From the NCBI RefSeq assembly GCF_006345805.1, contig NC_043004.1, positions 98,084,001-98,148,000 on the forward strand: DNA of 64,000 bases, read 5' to 3'. A program made the position numbers and the translations under genes. Below, one piece after another: positions 51,105 to 64,000 of this stretch. The notes under the pieces are model-generated. The model worked only from the letters and a program-made list of their open reading frames with translations, did no database searches and was not told the origin of the DNA. The DNA comes from Octopus sinensis. Lineage: Eukaryota. The stretch's first letter is position 1. Each line of letters opens with the position of its first letter.

Positions 51105-53340
51105 TAGGCTAGTGATAGGCTACACAACAGCAACAGAGCTCCCTTCTTATGTACCATAATCAAGGCCGATAGATAAGCAAAAGAAATGTTTCAATGAATT
51201 TCACCGACAAACTATCTCGGTAACAAATGTTAGCGGCGTCTTTATCGCTACTGTTGACATTAATAGACATGTTGGTGAGTACTCTGTTGGCTACTCTGTC
51301 GCTCATGTTGGTTCCCAATACAGCGAAGCGATTGAAAAGGGATTTATTTATCTTGAGATGTGTGATGTGAATGACCTACTCATCTGACCCAATAGCACCA
51401 GTAAATTTTACCATGAAATATCTAAGCTAAGTAGATTGTATAAATACTAGCAATTGAGATAGACAGCTAGTATTGAATGCGAAATCTTCCCTATTTAAAA
51501 TATATCATACAATGGAGACTAGTGATTTAATGGAAGGAATAGAAGCTGAAATATCCGCCACCTTTACCTATACAGAATTAAGCATTAGCTGATGTGTATT
51601 GAGAGCAGGATGAAGAAATAGAGGTAAACAATATGGAGAAGAAATAATGCAGAATTAGTGCGAGGCAATCTGTGAACAGAGGAAGTATCTATCTTGAAAG
51701 AGAGTGACATCTAAACACCATGGTTTGGCTGATGGAGAGAAAACAATGAGAAAGAGTCTTTGGATTGATTTGAAGAAATATAATCGCAACACAGTCTAGA
51801 GATCGACAAATATATATAATAGGTGAAAGCTGAAGTTAAGATGTTTGCTATTGTTCTACACATAAAAAAATGAGAATCTTAGATATTCCGAATTGAAAGG
51901 CTGTGTGTCAGCAAGAATAAACCTTTTGGAAAATACAGTATGTACGAAATGGTAGCGGAGTGCTTACCATCACCATCAACAATATCAGAAAGGATGAGGC
52001 ATTGAAAACTTACTGAATATGATAATGCATAAGAGAGCGATAAAGGGAGAGAAGGGTGGGGAAGGTAGAGATCTGCTATTTAATTCGACGGCTGCTCAAT
52101 AAAAAGAATATTTAAAGGATATGATGAAAAGAAAAGCAATTAGACCATGAAGAAAATATCCGCTAAGATGCTGAAAATAACCTACGAAGTTGAACACACT
52201 TTTGCCATTCACATAATCAATAAGATAGTACAAAATGGTATCATACCTAATGACACCAACAGTATCATCAGCTGTCACAAGCAAAAGAGTTGCTCCAAAA
52301 AGAAACGTTCTTCTAACTAATGGTCAGTTTATAAAATTAACAAACGAAACTTTAGTAAAATTAAGAAAGGAATTAATTAAATGAAGTGACGTTCAGATTT
52401 GTGCCTGTCTGGGATATCGTCTATGCTTAATTCATAGTGAATATTACAATAAAAGTCCTTAGTGATCATCAGGTGCATATTTGTTACATTCGTTGACTTC
52501 ACAGTATACGGCGCTCAGTAGTCAGATGGACGTTAGGAAAACTTGATGTAAAGGAATCGCTCATAACTGTTGTGGAATAGAAATAGCTTGGAAACGACTC
52601 GTTTTACACTTGCCTCCACTTTTCGTTATAGTCCTACAGGTTCCATCAGGAGTTTAAAACTGATTTTCTGTTGTAGCTTTTGTATACCGATGACTTAGTT
52701 GTCACTGCTGTATCTTTCGAAGATTTTGATTGTCGAATTAAAATCCAGGATCAAGAGGATAAAAAGCAAAAATTGCGAAAACAATAGCTTTCGCTGGCAG
52801 TAACGAAAAGTGGATTGTATTGCCGTTTGGAAAATGTCCATTCTTGATATGCCAAGTAAAAATTAGGTACAAATTTCATATGGTATAACCAATATAAACT
52901 ATGGTTTCCTAAGGAATCATATATAAGCTGAATGTAGCCGACGTAGATCACCCATGAAACAAATTCTTTCAAATGATCCGAAGAATCCTTAGAAGACAGG
53001 AACTTCTTTTGTACAGTTTAACTGATTAATAGAAGGGCTGACTGTTCCTAAGGCTCATTGTTCCTAAACAGAGTAGAATGTGAGTGAGAAAGGATTAGAG
53101 ATTTGCTATCGCTGGCAATAAATGATCCATTCCGAGTGAAAGGCCGATTGTTTTTGTGCGTCCTATTAAAAAACTTAAGCATTGAATGCAATGAATGTAT
53201 GAAAGCTAAAAGGATAATAGGGAAGCAGGGTTGACTGCCTGTGTAAAATGAATGTGTGTAGAAATGGGAAGACTGAATATATTGAGGAATCAGATTAGAA
53301 TTTGCCTCCTATACTCGTGGTGCCCTGGTAAATCCAGTGT
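51105..53340 (+). pseudogene. Heavily decayed RTE-clade LINE (AP endonuclease plus RT)
   Basis: In order: RLVIG..SYVP, VDINRHVG (GDFNGHVG), LEMCDVNDLLI, LYTDDLVV (LYADDL), GKCPFLIC (GKWPCxIC) and RVKGRLF. This is the RTE ORF motif order, with many stops and frameshifts. Confidence 0.65.
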
Positions 53341-53864
53341 GTTTTAAAAGCCTTGAGATGCCACTTGTTAAATATAGTGTTCAAGAAAAGAGACACTGTG
53401 CTGACACAAGTACATAATTTGTATATAGCATGGTAGTTAGTAAAGAAATGCAAAAGCAATTCACATCGAAGGAACCTGCAAAATAGTAAGATTAAAGAAG
53501 ACAATGTTATAAGTAGTGAAATTTGACCTCAAGAGACTAAAATGTGATCAAGGAAATAACAATTAATTGCAACAGTTTGCAAAACGCTGATAAAGTAAAC
53601 AGTTTCGAACAAAGTATCAATGAGAAACGGATACAACATGGTGATGATGATGATGATGAAGAGGAGGAACGATGATGCTATATTAATGTATGCATATGCT
53701 TAGATAAAGGGGGTTATGCATAATACAAAGGATATATATATATAGATATATATATATATATATATATTATAAGTTCAGCAAAATTTAGATTCAAATTAAT
53801 AGGTACTTAATTTAGATGCACCAGAATTCTGTATAGTGTCATCCATAAAAATCCGTGGGGTGAA

Positions 53865-54032
53865 TATAATCAAAATAAGCAACAAGAATGACTCCGGTAA
53901 TTTGGTACGATCGTTTCGTACTACATCATTTTATTAAATGTTGTAAGTATTACAAGTATTTAATAAAATGATGCAGCACGAAACGATCGTACCAAATTAC
54001 CGGAGTCATTCTTGTTGTTTATTCTGAGTATA
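53865..54032. repeat. 168-bp near-perfect palindrome (3-nt loop)
   Basis: Arms of about 82 bp with about 6 mismatches and one indel, centred on GTA at 53947-49; followed by (TA)n. Confidence 0.92.
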
Positions 54033-54077
54033 TATATATATACCAATTAAGGACTGAACACGAAAAGTGGACAGTCA

Positions 54078-54126
<49 letters not shown>

Positions 54127-54185
54127 ATATATATATATATATATATATACAAATGTATATACATGCATATGTGCATATGTATATA

Positions 54186-54379
54186 TCAGGTCAGGCTGAA
54201 AAGTTCTTGGCTTTGAGCAAAGAAAATACTGGAGGATCAGCTTTTACTCAACATAATCTCCTCCCATATTCACTCGCTTATTGCAGCAGTCCTTCAGTTT
54301 TTCTAAGTCCTGTAAAAGAACTGTGAATGTTGAGCCTTCAACCAGGTCTTAAAACCAGGGAATTTTTAGCACTCCCTCG
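54186..54379. mobile_element. Mariner-derived MITE (194 bp)
   Basis: TA flanks. Left TCAGGTCAGGCTGAAAAGTTCTTGGCTTT resembles the reverse complement of the right end, CGAGGGAGTGCTAAAAATTCCCTGGTTTT. No ORF. Confidence 0.6.
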
Positions 54380-55397
54380 TATATATGTACGTACGTATCC
54401 TTGCTTTCGTGTATGTATATTTACTTATTCATAAACTTTTGATCTTTGTCAACAATTTCTTCTACTCATTTGGTTTATGACTTACTATGATAAAAAATTC
54501 TCTATCTACTTCGTTATAGAACTGAATAGCGATCTAACTTCCATTCCAGTCGTGCGGTAGGTTACATGATCTTCTTCTTTCAAGGATATGGGTGCCATTC
54601 GATCTTGAACTATTCCACTTTTAACTGGGTTTTGTTGATTAATTCTATTAGGAGCCGGCATATTCTACACATTGGACATTCTATAAGCAACGTGTTTAGT
54701 TGACAACCACTCGATCGTGAGCGGGAAATAATAGATTAAATGTTCATCTATACCAAGTTACCAAAGTTACCATTAGATGAAAAAGATCATGATGTGAATA
54801 TATACTAGCATAAATCATATATATATATGTATGTAGGTGTGTGAGTGTGTGAGTGTGTGTATTTGTGTGTGTTTGTGTGTTTGTGTGTGTGTTTATGTAT
54901 GTGCGCTTATTCTTATACTAGGAGAAAGGGATAAAAGGCGAGTACAAATTATTTGTACAATAGATATACAACTTCTACTGCTATATTTACAATTCAAAGT
55001 AGAAATTTGTAATCCAGCCTGCTTCACGACAAGGAAGGGGGAACGAGGGATTGTTAACAACTCGTTAATCAACTTCTACACGGAATAGTATTACCAGTTA
55101 GAAGCTACAAGGCAAATGTAGGAAAGCTAAGCATAAATACTGGTTCTTTGGAAAACTGCGATGGCAATTCAAAAGCATAGCAATGGACCTGCAGGGAACA
55201 CTTTATTGTATCACGTAACACATAATTGTATCTTGTGTCAATGAGTCTTTTTAGCCCTTACCACTAATAACTAGTCTATACTGAATGATAAGCTTCAACT
55301 GAGAAACATTTAACATTCAATTTTAGCAGTCTTCTAAACAACCCTAGTAGTGAAACGCACGGAACATCATTGGAATAAGAAGCTTGTTATCATACTT

Positions 55398-55475
<78 letters not shown>

Positions 55476-56169
55476 GTGTGTGTGCGTGTGTGTTGTTTCG
55501 TGTATTCGTAAGACGCATCACGCTTATATCAGTAATGTGTTAGTTTTCCCAAATTTATTTATGATGACTGATTGTATATCTTACCGGATAAATAATCTTC
55601 AGTTTATGTAGTTTTATGAACCATATACAAATTGTCATTATTTCTATTATTTATTTATTTAACTGGCCATCTACCTCATCAAAACTTACATATGATCGAT
55701 CAATTGTAACATTTGATGTTCCGAATCAGAGAGAGAATATTAACTCTTCTAGAAGAAAAGTGAGTGGCAGAAATGCTAGATTGCTAAAGTAAATAAATGT
55801 TTTGCTTTGCTTAATTATATACTTTATTTTTGAGATCAAATATAATCATGTTAGCTTTGCATTTCTTCCTTATACACTGGTTTAAAATTTTCTGCAGTAT
55901 GCGTAGAAACCGATCAACTAAAGGCTTTCTAAATCAACGTTATATCTATCTATCTATCTATATAAATACACACACACACACACACACATATATATGTATA
56001 TAAATATATATACTTGGAAAAGGATGCGTGGCGTTCGATCATATGATAATATAAATAATACATAAATACATGCATATATACATACATATATGTACATGCA
56101 TGTATATATACATATATACATATAGGTATGTAATATATGTTTGTATTATTTATATAATATAAATATAAT

Positions 56170-56342
56170 AGTTTTATCTCCTTGTTTCCCTCCTTGTTTT
56201 TTTCTGTGTCCATTTCTGTAGAAGAGCGTAGGCTCGAAACGTAAAAGACTTTTTTCTATTCCTGAGCGTTATACTAATACATCTGTTTGTTTTGTACACC
56301 ACCTGTCTTCGTCTTTTGTTTCTTTTGTAAACTCTCCCTATA
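56170..56342 (+). mobile_element. Family P1 repeat (Penelope-terminal-like) with variant hammerhead-like motif
   Basis: Homologous to 1633-1820 in the opposite orientation. Motif CTGTAGAA-GAGC-GTAG-GCTC-GAAA-CG-TA at 56216-56243; TA-rich flanks. Confidence 0.55.
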
Positions 56343-56742
56343 ATATAATATATATACTATGAAAAAATGACAAATACAAATTGTCAAATTTAGCTCAGAC
56401 ACCCAGCATATGTATGTTTTTATATAGATCTTTGTGGGCATACACATATACACTACTGCAAATATGTGTGCATGTGTGTGTACATGTATATGCACTTGTG
56501 TGTGAATGTACATTTGATGTGTTATATCGTTATTTTGACGCTTGGTTGAAGCATAGTGTCTTCTCATTAATGTTAGTTAATCTAAGATACTGCTGACTCG
56601 ACCGCATGTCAATGGTTAATTCAAATCACTCTTAACGGACTCTAACTGAAAACCTCTTTTGCAAATAATGATACATCGTTCTGTCAGGTGGTGTTCATAG
56701 TGACCATCTCAGATATGCCCTTATCCAACAAGTTATGCTGAT

Positions 56743-56801
<59 letters not shown>

Positions 56802-56854
56802 CGTTAGTTTCAGCTCACAGGTTGCGACCATGTCAGAGCACCACCAACTGGTGT

Positions 56855-57875
56855 TGCTACATCTTCATTAATCCTCATTTACTTGTTGGCATTTGGGCAT
56901 TTAATGCCGCTGCCCTCATTTCCACATCCTTGACGTGTAGATGGTTTTTCTGGGACTCTTGACAGTAGGAGATTCAGTTTTGAAAGCAGTTACATTCATA
57001 CCATATAGGTCTCTTAGCTCCCTTGAGAAAAGATTAAAGAGATTTGAGTCCTTGAATCGCAAGTTATTACAGTGTCTGCTCCTGTATGTTGATGGTAGGA
57101 AAGGATTTTAGTCATTATGCATTGGCGCACTGTTCTGGCGTTTATATAACTTTTACCCCCAAAGTGTGCGACAAGTCCTATGATCTTCTAGATGTATATT
57201 ACAGCATATTTTTCCAGCCTTCGTTCCAGGGAGTAAAGTCTTAACCTCTTGATTCTTTCCTAGTAGCTAATTTGTGGCTTTGAGACTATCATCTTCGTGT
57301 AGCTACGCTGGACTGCTTCGACTGCACACTTTCACTCGATGACTACAGTTGCGAGCAATAGTGAAAAACGCTATCATGACTTCCTGTTCTCTTGTTCTGA
57401 AGTTTCTAAGGATGTATCCAGTCAACCGCCTGCATTTCATTACCAACTTAGTAATATGCACATAGTAGAATGCATCACAAAACATGTCAATGCTCAGGTC
57501 ACACACTGATTGTGATTCTGGAACTAAGATCCCTCCAGTTCCAATGTATTTTGTCTGCATTGTATTTAACTCCATGTTATTGTCGTCAGCGCACGTGTAT
57601 ATTGTAGGTGCATGCCACCCACAATATTGTTGTAGGGGCATGCCATCTTCAAGGTCTTGAATTACTTGTGAAACTTTTGATCATCTTTATAGCTTGTGAA
57701 GGCCGCTCTCTGTCTGGATGGCATATTTGAGAGAGCCATTATGAACAGCAGTGTTCCAAACACAGTGCTCTGTGAGACACCACTCGCTATTTGCATTTCC
57801 TCGGATGTGGCTCTGTTTGATACGACTACTTGATTTCTATCTTTAGAAAGTCATGTAGCCACTCTCCTAGTTTCC
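56855..57875 (-). pseudogene. Decayed CR1-clade LINE RT and C-terminal region
   Basis: EWLHDFLKDRNQVVV..SGVSQSTVFGTLLF, SYKDD, SVCDL..VHITKLVMKCRRLTGYILRNFRTR, and LYSLERR-like motifs on the minus strand. Confidence 0.8.
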
Positions 57876-58244
57876 AGTTATGCCAAGATCACTCATTTGG
57901 GATATATTATTCCATGATCGAATTTTTCAAGTATCAGAATCATGCGAATCCAAGAAAACAGAATTATTAGAAAGAAAATTTACCATGCTATTTAGATAAA
58001 CAGTGTTTCTCTAAAACGCAGAGAATATTTGTCTCTTGACTATTAGTAACACATTCCTCCAGCAACTGATATATAAGTAGTCCCCTGCGTGAACCTGTAA
58101 GAGTTTTCTCTCTCAAATAAGTGCCATGATATCTAATATTAATACTTCAAAACCTTATTTACTCACTTCATTTCTACAGTGATATCTGTTCTAGCATTTA
58201 TGCAATGAATTCATCTTCACCCCGCGGTGCATCATATGTAATAT

Positions 58245-58417
58245 TAGTTTCAAATGTTGGTACAAGGCTAGAAATTACATCGACCTCGGCGCTTTATTGC
58301 TGTTTTATTTTATCGACACTGAAAGGATGAAAGACAAAGTCGACCTCGGCAACTCAGAACATGAAGACTGACGAAATGCCGCTAAGCATTTTGTCTGACT
58401 TGCAAACGATTCTGCCC
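58245..58417 (-). mobile_element. SINE family B, decayed
   Basis: TTTTATCGACACTGAAAGGATGAAAGACAAAGTCGACCTCGGC is the reverse complement of the family B core. Similar minus fragments at about 60405-60570 and 60605-60760. Confidence 0.7.
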
Positions 58418-58557
58418 TTTTACTGCATTACATGGTATGTAAACTTGTCACATAATCTGCAATATTTTTACTGTGATGTAGTGAATGTGTTTGAGCAGTG
58501 TAGGACAAAAATATTTTCAGTTCTATATTTAAGAGATGAGGAATTATGTACATTATT

Positions 58558-59018
58558 CTTTTACTCTATTACTTGTTTCAGTCATTTGACTGTGGCCATG
58601 CTGGAGCACCGCCTTTAGTCGAGTAAATCAACCCCAGGACTTATTCTTTGTAAGCCTGGTACTTATTTTATCGGTTACTTTTTGCCAAACCGCTAGAGTT
58701 ACGGGGACGTAAACACACCAGCATCTGTTGTCAAGCGATGTTGGGGAACAAATGGAGACAGACACAGGCACACACACACACACACACGCACACACACATA
58801 TACGCACACACAGACGCACGCACACACACACACATATATATACACATATATATACGACTGGCTTCTTTCAGTTTCCGTCTACCAAATCCACTCACAAAGC
58901 TTTGGTCGGCCCGAGGCTATAGTAGAAGACACTTGCCCAAGGTGCCACGCAGTGGGACTGAACCCGGAACCATGTGGTTGGTAAGCAAACTACTTACCAC
59001 ACAGTCATTCCTGCGACT
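58558..59018 (-). mobile_element. SINE family A, full length
   Basis: Colinear with other copies; TACATTATT lies on both flanks (probable TSD). Confidence 0.9.
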
Positions 59019-60097
59019 ATATTTACATTATTTACATTATTTACATTATTTACATTCGACGGATATTTGTCCCCATCTTGTTTGTTATTAAAACTTTTCT
59101 CTGCATTTTCCATATTTTTACATGAAAGTATCTTCTACCAACTAGAACTGATAAACCTATGACCAAGAAATCAATTTATTCTGGATCCACTCAGCCACTT
59201 CATTCCGACACGTTCTGCTACCGTTCTTGATGCTTAAATAGTTAAGCATTCTGTAATCATCACTTGTTAATAGCTTTTATTTTATAGCGTTGTCTTTTTT
59301 AAATTTATTTATTTTGAAAGTTATCAAAGTTTTTTTTGTTTTTTTTCCTAAATTTTCTTGGTTTATGTGACATTGGTCAGAAACAACAGACAGAACTGCA
59401 ATCAATCAAAGGTTCATTGTGCAACGAAATAATAAAACATCACACACACACACACAGAGGCACGCACACAGGGACGATACACACACACACACATATTCAC
59501 ACATATATGTATGTATGTATGTATGTATTGCAAAACACAACAACCCTTGACATTATATTGTTTTTTTAGTACAGTTAAGATGATTAATGTTTGCTGGTCT
59601 GTAATTTTCAGATGAAACATTTAGATAGATCAAAAGTTTAGTTATCAACTGACTATATTCATATCTGTAACAAATACACACACACACACACCACACACAC
59701 ACACACACACATACACACATACACACACACACACAAGTGCATACACATACATACAAGCATACACATATATGTAGTGTGTATATATATATTTATATATGAA
59801 TTTACTTCTTACTATTTTAAAGATATTTTTGTGTCATTTTTACTTTGATTTCTGGTTGCTGAGTTGTTTTTTTTACCTTTCTTTAGATTAGCACAGATTA
59901 TTGTAGTTGTTGATAGACAGTTTATAGACTTTGACTGAATAGGTAAACTTAATGTGCGAAGAATATGTCTATAGGTGAGTATAGTTCAGGTAGATAGTGC
60001 GTAGGTGGTGAATTGATATATATATATATCAATGTATATATATATATTTATACCATATAACATATATAATACATAATATACATATACATATATATAT

Positions 60098-60143
<46 letters not shown>

Positions 60144-60769
60144 ATATATATATATATATATATCAGCTGAACGTAGTACGTCTAAAGATGCCTATCAATT
60201 AGATAGATACAATGTATATAAGATAACTGATTTGATAGACTTAGTGTATGTATAGTATTCTGTAGTCGTGTATCAGTCAGAGAGATACAGAGTGTATATA
60301 TGGAGTGAATAATAAAACTAAGTGTGTGTGTGTGTTGTTTGGTAGGTCTCTGTAGGTGACAAAGATGCAATAATAACATCTAACTTAGTAATTTTGACGG
60401 GAAGGAATTAGTCATTACCATCAGCATCAGGACTTGAATGATACTTTATTTTATCGATGGCAAAAGGATGACAGGCAAAGTTGACCTTGGCGGGATTTGA
60501 ACTTGGAAGTTAAGGTTTTAAAGAAATACCGTAAAGCATTTTGTCCGAGACTTTAACTAGTCTGCTAATGTACCACGGTTCAGAACGATATAATAATCCA
60601 TTCTTCTATTGGGAAGAGGCTAGTCTATTACATCAATTCCAGTGCACAGCTTGTTCTTATTTCTTCGACCCCAGGAGGATGAAAAGGAAATCGAGCTCGG
60701 TGGAATTGAAACGCAGAACCTAAAGACGGACAAAGTGCCGCTAAGCATGTTGTCCGGTGTGAAAGGATG

Positions 60770-62184
60770 AGCATATATAAGTAGAAGACTATGCATGGAT
60801 ATGTTAGTAGAAAGATCCGAGATGATAATAACATTGATGATCTAAGAGAAGGAGGGGAAAAGGAAGCACTCCGCGGTTACGACGACGAGGGTTCCGGTTG
60901 ATCCGAATCAACGGAACAGCCTGCCTCGTGAAATTACATGTAAGTGGCTGAGCACTCCACCGACACGTGTACCCTTAACGTAGTTCTCGGGGATGTTCAG
61001 CGTGACACAGAGAGTGACAAGGCCGGCCCTTTGAAATACAGGTACAAAACAGAAACAGGAAGTAGAGTGAGAGAAAGTTGTGATGAAAGAGTACAGCAGG
61101 GATCACCACCATCCCTGCCGGAGCCTCGTGGAGCTTTTAGGTGTTTTCGCTCAATAAACACTCACAACGCCCGGTCTGGGAATCGAAACCGCGATCCTAT
61201 GACCGCGAGTCCGCTGCCGTAACCACTGGGCCATTGCGCCTCCACTATGATCTAAGAAGTCTATTATGGACCAATAACCAGATTATTACCTCCCACTTTG
61301 AAGTGTATGTGTTTGCAATCCAGGAACAGGAAATATAAACCAAATACATGATGCACAAAAGGGATAGAGATGCAGGAAACGCATTAAAATTGGCAGCCAT
61401 GCAGACTATTTAGAGTTAACACCAACGATATCATCCACATCATTAGCAGTTGTCCGAAAATGTCATCGAGCTCTTATCTAACGAGATTTGATGTTGGCGC
61501 TAGAACACTCTATAATGAAATTCGTCAGAAGGATAAAACCCGTAGACAAAGAGATAAGAACCCACAGTATAGTAGAAGCCATAGCCCCTCTTAATAGAAA
61601 GGAGTACTGGTGGAATGTCCCAGTGAAGGTCTCAGTAAAATGTAAGCACAGGGGACCTGATATAATGATTTGGGGTAGAGAAGAGAAACTATGTACAGTT
61701 GTGGAAATTAGCTGCCGATCGCTGAATATTGGTGAAAAAGAGAATACTTACACTCAACTACTGAGAAATTTGCAGTTACTAATCCAAATTACAAGTTTAT
61801 GTTTATACCTGTAATTATTGGGGCACTTGGATATGTAACACAGCCTAAATACCAATCTTGAGAAAGTAGGTTTCTCAAAACCAGAAAGGAGAAAGCTAAT
61901 TCGAAGACTTACAGATCCAATCAATCACTGAAACTGTAAAAATATGTAAAATTTTCCAGAAGTTTATCACTTAAAATATATATGAACATGTCTAGATATG
62001 CTAGTAAATTCATGAGAATACATACATAAAACAAAACATACAAATCTGTACATATACATACATATATACATACAAAAATACCCTGTTGCCGATGTTGAAA
62101 TTCCAATGAAGAAGCCTTGGATCTAGGTTAGAAACCAGCTCTTTCTCTCTTGGCAAGAAATCTTGAAATAAAACCGAACAATGA
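60770..62184 (+). mobile_element. 5'-truncated RLE-type non-LTR retrotransposon, (CATA)n-associated family, interrupted by a family C SINE
   Basis: Translation is continuous across the SINE: KTMHGYVSRK..IDDLRSLLWTNNQIITSHFEVYVFAIQEQEI. It continues through a degenerate CCHC (DIIHIISSCPKM), YWWNVPVK..RGPDIMIW..VVEISC and FIPVIIGALG. The 3' UTR ends ...AACCGAACAATGA, directly followed by (CATA)n at 62185-62274. Confidence 0.85.
60848..61246 (-). mobile_element. SINE family C, tail type 3, with 11-bp TSD
   Basis: TSD ATGATCTAAGA at 60837-60847 and 61247-61257. Confidence 0.92.
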
Positions 62185-63719
62185 CATACATACATACATA
62201 CATGCATAGATATATACATACATACATACATACATACATACATACATACATACATACATACATACATACATACAAAGAGATATATCGAGAGCGTACTACG
62301 TGTAGATGTTGATTCGCTCGCTGAGCATTGAAACTGAAAGTTGGACAATTAAATAGATAGGTAGCTAGATATATAGGTACCCACTAAAATCGATATTTTA
62401 TCAATTCAGTAAGCATACACAGTTTGTGGATATTCACTTGATTCTTTATATATAAAAGTTAATTGGATAAAACAGCAGAAATGTATAAACGTTGATGAAA
62501 ACAGAAAAAAGAGAGTTACCGGAAATGATGTAAAAATTGTCCATTGTGTGTCGATACTCAGAACATAAGTAAAGACTTGCAGATATTAATTTGACGAATA
62601 AACAGAGTTAATATCAGTATAATAAGTACTGAACGAAGATCTTAAATTTGTAGATTGGTTTTATGCAGTCTGCATGTAAATTGTGGCACAAGCGATCCCG
62701 GAATTTTAATAGAAAAATATAGAGGAAGTTTACAAATAACCATAAGGGACCACAATGGACAGATTATGAATATTTAGATAAGTAAAGCATTCTGATGTTG
62801 AATGGACAGATACAGTTCGACATATGTTTGAGGTGACAAATTTTATAACTGTGGAGTAAAATAAACAGGTATAAATATTATGACAAGACATTCGCTATGT
62901 GCAGATGTTTATTTGATAAACACTGTTTTTTAGTTATCCTCTCCCCCTGCAAACATTATGACATGAGGGGGTGAAGGTCTATTGAAAAAGCCAATGCTCT
63001 CTCAAAAGTTGATTCAAACGGATCATGCTATGCATGTTATCACTTGTAATGCAACTTAATGCTTGAAATAACAAAGAAAGAAAGAGACAGGAAAATAAAG
63101 AAAGAAAAAAGAAAGAAAAATGAAAGACGTGTTATTTGGATTCTCTGTAAAAAAAACCTACAAGCAAAAACATTGAAGATTTCTTCAGCATTTACAACAA
63201 TGATGTAATTTATAAAATACTCAAACAACAACTATAATAACTACAGCAGCAACAACAATAACAACAACAATTGCAAAGCATAAAGTATCTGTTAAAGAAG
63301 TGAAAATACATAAAAATGTAAGATATGTGTAGCATAACAACTTGGAAACACAATTTCAATATTTTTCTAAAAAAGAAATTCTTTGTTTCCAAATGTTCTT
63401 TAGTTGTTCCGTATCATTCTTTAGAATTTTAATGGCAGAGATTCGTCAAAATGAAGCAACTCAAAACGCTTATTATGGATGCAGTTTTGATTAATTTATT
63501 CCATGGATAGATTTAATTCTATTAGAATATCTTCAGTAATAACAGCAGTAGCAACAACAAAAATGGACAGCTGCAGGTACAATAACAATAACAACGGCAA
63601 CTGTTACTATAATAATAACAGAAATAAGATACCTGAAGACGAAAAGGTAGAAGGGGGGAGATTTAGCTAGAGATATGTTAATTTGTTTAGTTAGAATAGA
63701 ATTAATTCTGTAGGGTATT

Positions 63720-63960
63720 GTTAGAGGGTTGAAATGCCTTCCAGGTCTGCCGAATTGGCATTCCTGGAAGAAAAGAGAATTTGTAAAATTTAGTTATATG
63801 GTCGAGGATTTTAAAGGAATAGCGGCTAATTCATAAAGAAAACAGAGGAATTAAGAAGGTGGGAAGAGAATTCTGTTCTGAAAAGGGATTGTTAGCTGTG
63901 AATAAGGGTGTAAATAAATATTTAAAATATAGACATTCGGATCGAGGCTTTCGAATGCTC
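63720..63960 (+). pseudogene. Possible decayed LINE AP-endonuclease fragment
   Basis: Weak motifs VEDFKG (GDFNG-like), RN*EG and EFCSEKGL..N in the expected order. Confidence 0.3.
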
Positions 63961-64000
63961 GGGCGATGGATACGTTCATAATTATCTGTATTTTTGCTGG

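Overview
AT-rich eukaryotic genomic DNA, not prokaryotic. The SINE families, the very high microsatellite density and the mariner/RTE/CR1/Penelope mix point to an octopus-like coleoid cephalopod (inference). I found no intact protein-coding gene, rRNA, true tRNA or CRISPR array. Almost all ORFs in the supplied track are translations of microsatellites or fragments of decayed transposases and reverse transcriptases, so the window is intergenic or part of a very large intron. Contents: three tRNA-derived SINE families (A, B and C, the last with three alternative 3' tails); six Tc1/mariner elements plus a mariner MITE; a non-autonomous Helitron; a hATm-like fragment; decayed CR1, RTE and Penelope retroelements; and two restriction-like-endonuclease (RLE) non-LTR families, one lodged in (TAA)n and one in (CATA)n. 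The best-supported unusual signal is a complete type I hammerhead ribozyme fold at 14831-14928, in a Penelope-type terminal repeat with a 122-bp inverted copy of its own 3' part just upstream. Also notable: apparent partitioning of microsatellite classes among retroelement families, inverted SINE pairs, two long palindromes, a CpG-rich island and a candidate microexon. All alignments and folds were done by eye, and family names are motif-based and not checked against any database.
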